From assembly GCA_002269645.1 (NCBI GenBank), contig NIVC01002600.1:94110-158109 (forward strand): DNA of 64,000 nt. The letters are read 5' to 3'. The notes under the pieces were generated by a model. It did not search any database. It was given only the letters and a program-made list of their open reading frames with translations, and had not been told where the DNA came from. This document shows positions 57,547-64,000 of this stretch, in pieces (the first letter of the stretch is position 1; each line of letters starts with the position of its first letter). The DNA is from Macrostomum lignano. Its lineage: Eukaryota. The translations under genes and the position numbers were made by a program.

Positions 57547-58108
57547 CTCAGAAAGAGTCAGAAGTTCCACCCTTCAAGCGAGATTTTTTTCACTTACTGC
57601 GAGTGACGCAACTTAAGGCACGCGCAAAGCTTATTGCTACTTGGGGTGGCTTGGTTCTGCTTAATGGTCCAGGATGCCGTTCACCGAGCCGATGCTGAAT
57701 CCCATCGACCATGTCTGGGACCTTAAAACGCAGTATTCGAAAAGAGAATCCAACACAGAATGTTGCGGAGTTGCGTCATGCCATTGAAAACGCTTGGCAG
57801 CAGCTTCTCCAGGACTTTCTGCGCCGCCTCATCCTGGGGATGCACCGAAGAGTCACCACACTTCTGCGTGCAAGGGGATCCCACACGCTTTATTAAGCAT
57901 CGCGATTCTAACTAAAAATAGCATAAAAAACTAACTGTTATGATTTTGTGCTACTGACGTTTATTATTGATTCAATGAACTTTCCCTCCTCGCGGCGGCT
58001 TAGTTGCGCAACTTGAGGTTTAAATTGCGAGTGAGAAGTTGTCGCAATACTCGTAAGTGAGAAATTTTTCACCTCACTTGGAGGGTGGAACTTTTGACTG
58101 TTGCTGAG
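57547..58108 (+). mobile_element. Tc1-like deletion derivative with a transposase C-terminal remnant
   Basis: TA flanks, ~60-bp imperfect TIRs (CTCAG.AA.AGTCA.AAGTTCCACCC), and the remnant LNPIDHVWD / AELRHAIENAWQQL...RRLILGMHRRVTTLLRARGSHTLY* at about 57700-57896. Confidence 0.85.
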
Positions 58109-58837
58109 TAAATGAGCCGGTGTTGCACTTTGTTTTCCCGTCCAGATGCTCTATTAAGAACTCCATGGCGGAGAGCCAGCTTAGGCCAAACTGCACAGAG
58201 ACGCGAGAGCAGCAGCCAACTAAGAAGAAGAACTCGCCGACAAAGCATTTTCACCCGATAATAAAAGAAATTTTGTCGCCTTCTCTCGAGCAATTCAGAT
58301 GGCAGTGATTTACTGCCGCTATTCACGCCGGCGAATTTCATTTAGTGAGCAATTAGATACGTGCGACTCAACACGCCTGCAGCGATTGTTGCTGTTGTTG
58401 AGCTATTGAGCAGGTAAGGCCAGCAGCCAGTGAGGTTACACAATTAGCAAGCTCTATAAGGCGCTAACTAACTTCGCAGGTGCCATTGGGCTAACGCAGC
58501 GTATGCTTGCGACAATGCGGCACACTATCGACACTAGGCTAAAATCTTTTCAACTGTAATAAACATACGGCTTCTATCTCAGCAGCCATTGTCTACTGCA
58601 GTATGATACAGTGTTCCAATCTCTATTTAGCCAACCCACTTCAGTTAGACAACTTGCTAATTTCAATAGCTGGCTATGCAGTTGAAGGAGCTTTGATCCG
58701 CTGCGGTTCTTCTATCTGGCAAAGCCACTTTTTTTCAGGCCAAGTGGCTGGCGAAGCCATTGTGCTACGATCGTGCTCGTATTTTGCGGCGCACTCAACT
58801 GTGACCTGGGCTGCCACTGTTCTGGGTGTTTTTCTCT

Positions 58838-59273
58838 CTCTGTCTCTCTCATTTATCTCTGATCTCTCTCTGATCGCTCTCTGATCTCTCTCTGATCTCT
58901 CTCTGATCTCTCTCTGATCTCTCTCTGATCTCTCTCTGATCTCTCTCTGATCTCTCTCTGATCTCTCTCTGATCTCTCTCTCTCTCTGATCTCTCTCTGA
59001 TCTCTCTCTGATCTCTCTCTGATCTCTCTCTGATCTCTCTCTGATCTCTCTGATCTCTCTCTGATCTCTCTCTGATCTCTCTCTGATCTCTCTCTCTCTC
59101 TGATCTCTCTCTTTCTCTCTTATCTCTCTCTGATCGCTCTCTGATCTCTCTCTGATGTCTCTCTGATCTCTCAGCTCTCCTCTGATCTCTCTCTGATCTC
59201 TCTCTGATCTCTCTCTCTCTCTGATCTCTCTCTTTCTCTCTTATCTCTCTCTCATCTCGCTTTTTTAATCTGA

Positions 59274-59311
<38 letters not shown>

Positions 59312-59410
59312 CCCCTCTCTCTCTCTCTCTCTGTCTGTCTGTCTCTGATATATATCTCTGATCTCTGATCACTCTATAAAATCTCTCTCTTACCTCTCTG
59401 ATCTCTCCTT
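58838..59410. repeat. (TCTCTCTCTGA)n 11-bp / CT-rich satellite
   Basis: Direct observation. Confidence 0.9.
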
Positions 59411-62004
59411 TAACTCTCACTTATCGTTTTCTAATCTCTATATTATTTCTGCCTTATCTCTTCCTTGTTTCTGTCGGTTCTGTTTCCTCAATAACACTGC
59501 CGCTGTTCCATATACTAAATAAAATCAAAGATGCAGACACGATATTTTTGCGGATTTAAATAAAGCAACGAAAGCTATAGACCCTGTCCCTGTTGATGCG
59601 ACAGGAACAAGATCTATCCATACAAATCGGCAAAATCCTGCTTTTATCAATCACCAATAGGCATACTTTGTCAACCAGCAGGATAAAAGGAATTCCTTCT
59701 CTCTCCATTTTCTCTACTTGGGTGGGCATCCTTCTTCCCCATCTATTTCTATTTCCCCCGGGCATCTGGGCCGCAGATTCCCACTTCCTGTCCAGTCGCC
59801 GTTCGAGAGAAATTATCAAGGCTTCCTCCCAGACACGGCGGCGCCGCGCACGCCCGGAATTCCCCGTTCTTTTTTTCAAAACCAGCCGCCGCATAGCGAG
59901 AGAGAGTGGGGGGGGGGCTGACTGCAGCAACATCATCAAAATGCAAGCGGCTTCGCTTGACACGCTTCGCAAGTAGCGGCAGTGGAAGGGGAGCTGAGAG
60001 AGCTATTAACGCTGGTGTCGAGCGCAATGTATTCGGCAGCAGTTGTTGGATAGGTGGGGTGACGTCGGTGGCAGTTTTCGGTCGGATTTTAGTGCTTAGA
60101 GCGCGGGCGCATCCAAATTTACAGTCTCAGCCTCAAGCCTAGTTCTGTCCGGCACCTTTCATCGCTTCGGCAGCTGTCGCAGCTTATGGCCGACAAGCAT
60201 TCTTTCAATAGCGTGTCTTCATATCTAGATAAGAGATGCAACTGGCCTGGCGCCTTCTCAGAATATCCAGCCGTTGAGCCTGCAGTGCCGGGTCTGTTGC
60301 TGAGATCAGACAAAGACCCATTTGTTACATGTATACATGTTGGTGTACGAGATGCCAGGGCTCCCAAAACTGTCAACTGGAAAAGACTTCGTTTGGCCCG
60401 ATCAGTAGGCTAATTATGATGACCACTTGGTTTCATTATGGTACTGTACTTGGTCTCGAAATTTAGATACAAGCCCACCTGATGACTCATCGATGACTCA
60501 CTCCTTACACCCATCCTACTCCTTATACATGTATGCCAACAGCAACCTCTCTATTTTAGTTCAGAATCATTCACACCCATCATGGTGCCCCTTTTTTTAA
60601 TTCCATCGCCGTAAGTCATTCCCATTTGTCATGTGGATTTTCTTAGAAATGAGCCTGATGCCGGTAAGGAACGCACAGTTGTCGTATCGCCAGTGCATTG
60701 GGCATAATGCTGAATGGGGTTTGGCTATAGACAAATGCGGTCAAGAATAAGCTGCACTACAAAAAGTCCAATCCTTAGACCAGCTTGCAGCTCATATCGA
60801 AGAAAAATGAGTGCAGCGTCCTACTTCAGCTGTCTACGTGTGCATCAGGAATTGGCAGCCACATCTTTTTGGTATTATGTATCCTCAAACACTATTTTAG
60901 CAGAATGGACCATGGCCAACTCCATCACACCATGCACAAGCTATACCCAAGATCAATACTGCAAAGGACGTCTAAGTACATGTATATAGTTTATTAAAAA
61001 CGCTGCACTCGCGGTTCGTATCTACACACAAAAATAGATGGGGTACATTTGTTGTGTTGCAGTCTTTCAACACAAAAGAAAAACTAAAATTTCCTGGATT
61101 AAAAGTTTCCAATCGAAATTGCCTTCGGGTATACATGAGGCAAATACAAAACTGGGGTTGTCTGCAAGTGGTCCTTGGAAAATCTGAACAAAGTACAAAA
61201 TAGTTAGCCCTTTACATGAAGCCATTCAGAAAAAATATAAATTTTAAGTCCAGCCTTCAAAAAATGGACCATTCGCGACTGCAGATCGAGTCTTTCTTAA
61301 GTTACATGCAGAGTCCACGTCCTTTGGATCAATTAAACGATCGGTGTTGAAACCGTACAATATCGGCGCGAGAACCCAAAGCCGGCATCAGAATAGCATT
61401 TAGGTTACAGCATAATCTTGCAACAATACAGTATACTGCACGGTACAGAATTCAAAACGCAAGAATGAAATATCTTAACACATATGCTAGGTGGACACAA
61501 GCTAAGGGCACTAGGGGTACTACAGTATATAATTACATGTTAATAAGCAAATAAATGTAACAGTTAAGGCAACGTATTAAATTTTTTCACACGAATCCAA
61601 CAGTGGAAAGGAAGATACGTATTCTGATTATTTGATACGAATTCATCAAGTTTATTTTGTCGGGTTTTTAACAAGCATTTTAACAAAAAATCACGCAGGA
61701 TAAGTAAGATATCAAAATGAGTAGTTATTTACCTGCCATTGATTTGCAGTATTTTTTAAAATATAAAAATGACTTACTAATTCTTTCATACCCTAAAGTC
61801 CTTAAAGCGCAAACAAAAAGCACCGGTTTAATTTTTTAAGCCTGAATTTCTGCAACTGAAGTGACGGAAATTATTCTATAAAAAATCGACCCCTGCCCAA
61901 AATAATCTGTTGGCTTAGTTTTTTGGTCTTAAATTCCAAGTAATTTCAATAATTTTCCAAGATAGCATCGACTATTTACTTTATCTACTGTTTAGAGTCA
62001 AGCA

Positions 62005-62895
62005 ATGTCCTGCAATGCTTTTATTAGTTGGGAGATTCAAGACAATATAAAACTGCGCAGCATTATATCGCAAAGTGTTATAAGCTTACCGGAAAAGAGT
62101 GACGAAGATCTTTCTAGCGACACGTAAGTTAATGAATGTATTGTATTCTTACTTATTTGTTTCATGTGCACTTAAAAAGACTTTTTTTCACTATTCTTCA
62201 AGTCCTTTATAGTCCAGTTTTAAATCTTTAATTACATAAGAATTGTCTAAATACTTTAATTCATTCGATAAAGTGCTAGGTAAATATCTGTTTTTACTGT
62301 CTCGATATTTTGTGTCTAAATTTTTAAATCAGGGTCAAAAACTTAAATATGAATGTTAAATAGAATATAGATATGTTAGCATATTTGTTTATATAATTAT
62401 ATATTTTCTGTCTATGTTTGATTTGTTCAACATTCATTTTTTAATTTCCAATAATGATAGAATTGCAGTTAAACGTACGACTTAGTACTACCTTGTCTAG
62501 ATATTATCAAAGATCATATGATATTCCTTTTTATTTAATTTTAAAATTAAAGAGGCAGTCGTACCAACAGCCCACAGACTGGCAACCAGACAGAATCTAT
62601 ACTGCAGCAGTCGCAGCCGCCGAAGCGCTACATCAGCCTCTGTCCATTCGAGCATCCGGAGTTGACGAATCCTTCGCGAGATGCTTGCGAGCTGCGCCTG
62701 CACTGCGACGCGCATCACAATCTGAGCATCCGGTCTGTGCGCCTTGTAGCCACCGCGCGCAATGTTGAAGTGTACGACAGGCGCGGAGACTACATCTGCA
62801 CTGTACAGGGCGCCCCTATGGCGGCCGGGGCCGCCGCCAACTGGCACGTATTCGAGTGCAACCTTCCAGATCCGAACTACGAGGTTAAGTTCAAG
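62005..62895 (+). CDS. C10orf88: C10orf88/PAAT-like protein, first two exons (gene probably continues past the window)
   Basis: Exons 62005-62123 and 62553-62895 join in frame. CELRLHC...SIRSVRLVATARNVEVY...GDYICTVQG resembles the PAAT N-terminal SARNMEVY..EYCGT..G motif (recalled, not searched). Confidence 0.7.
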
Positions 62896-64000
62896 GTGAG
62901 CGCGAAAGTGGTTTGCTCATAAGTTGAGAAACATTTCTTGGAAAAGAGTTCGAAAGTTCATTGTTCCAACAACTCTGGTTCAGCCTAACTCTATAAGTAC
63001 ATTGTTACACGCTTAAGAATGTACACGACTAATGTACATGGGGGCAGGAAAATAAGTAAATGCCTACCCCCTAGACACAGGCCCACCTCACGCCACAACC
63101 CCCCTCTCCCAAGCCAGCTAATTTCACTCAGCAGGGGAGAGCCAATATCAAGTGAATTATATCTTATATTATTATATATTTTTAATTTAAGTATTAGCAA
63201 TTAGTTTAGTTTTGCCAATCATTTCGCAGTGCTGGTCTGTCCTGCTCTTTGATTGGCTCGCCTTGTGCTCTCTCATACCTAGGTTAACCCCATGTACGCA
63301 TTTCATCACGTGACTGCTTATCCCACCTTTATCTATCCCTCCTTATCTTATCAAAATTAGCATTAGTGATGGAAAAAGAATCTGTTCAAAGAACGAATTA
63401 CATACACAATGCATTTGTTTAGTGTGGAAGCTAAGTTAACAAATCACACCTTATTTTAAATTGATTTGTAAGATCGTCTTATTCTCTATTCTCAAAAAAA
63501 CGAACAACGTGTTCTACGGTACACGAAAAGCAACTTTTATTGTTTTAACTTTTCTAAAATTGCCTGTTTCTTTAACCTACGAAGTGATATATTCGAGCAA
63601 AAACCAAATCTATTAGAACTCGGCTGTTGTTTTTTGTGTTATTTTCAAAGGGCTGTGGGTTAAGAAGCATTCAGAGGCATAGTCTACTGAAAAAGACAAA
63701 GAATTTTCAATTTTGAAAATATCTGCACATTAATAGAACAAGCTTCCAGTGATGAAAAACAACGCATAAGGTATATATATATATATACTGAAATATATAC
63801 CTTTCAATCAGGGATTCAGTTTGTGTCAGCCTTTAAAATGGAATTTGAATACTCAGGCTAAATCCTATTTTGCCTTAATTCTCTGCCTAGGCGGAAGCCC
63901 CTGCCCTGGCCTTAGTGAGCGCTGTACAGAGTGTGAGCAGAGAGTGAGCAGTTTGAGCAGCTATAGCTAATATAATAATATAAATCATCAGCGTCCCCAA

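Noticed and set aside
63885-63970. Candidate third exon of the PAAT-like gene
   Set aside because: In the required phase 0 it hits a stop after seven codons.

Overview
Eukaryotic (animal) genomic DNA. GC-rich exons with poly-Ala/Gln tracts and abundant (GACA)n/(TTAG)n/(CAGT)n microsatellites suggest a macrostomid flatworm such as Macrostomum; this is inference only. Eight protein-coding genes can be spliced by hand through GT-AG junctions: NLE1 (+), a JIP1/MAPK8IP1-like SH3-PTB scaffold (+), APPL (+), G-protein beta GNB (-, 340 aa), intronless PXMP4 (+), intronless RPL22 (+), ZC4H2 (-) and the 5' part of a C10orf88/PAAT-like gene (+). Introns and intergenic DNA hold mariner/Tc1 relics, MITEs, two tRNA-derived SINE families, LTR-like elements (including a 2.19-kb solo LTR with a 4-bp TSD nested in a mariner-type element) and many satellites. 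The most unusual item is a ~0.3-kb TIR/TSD-bounded MITE family (two full copies and one partial). It carries a 64-nt piece of 28S rRNA (H69-H71) that is conserved except in the 8-nt core targeted by R2, Pokey and I-PpoI. Also notable: CpG and CpA-type C-to-T decay of old repeats, an ATG-less JIP1 N-terminal frame that a spliced-leader AUG could open, and a telomeric repeat occupying an intron branch-point region.
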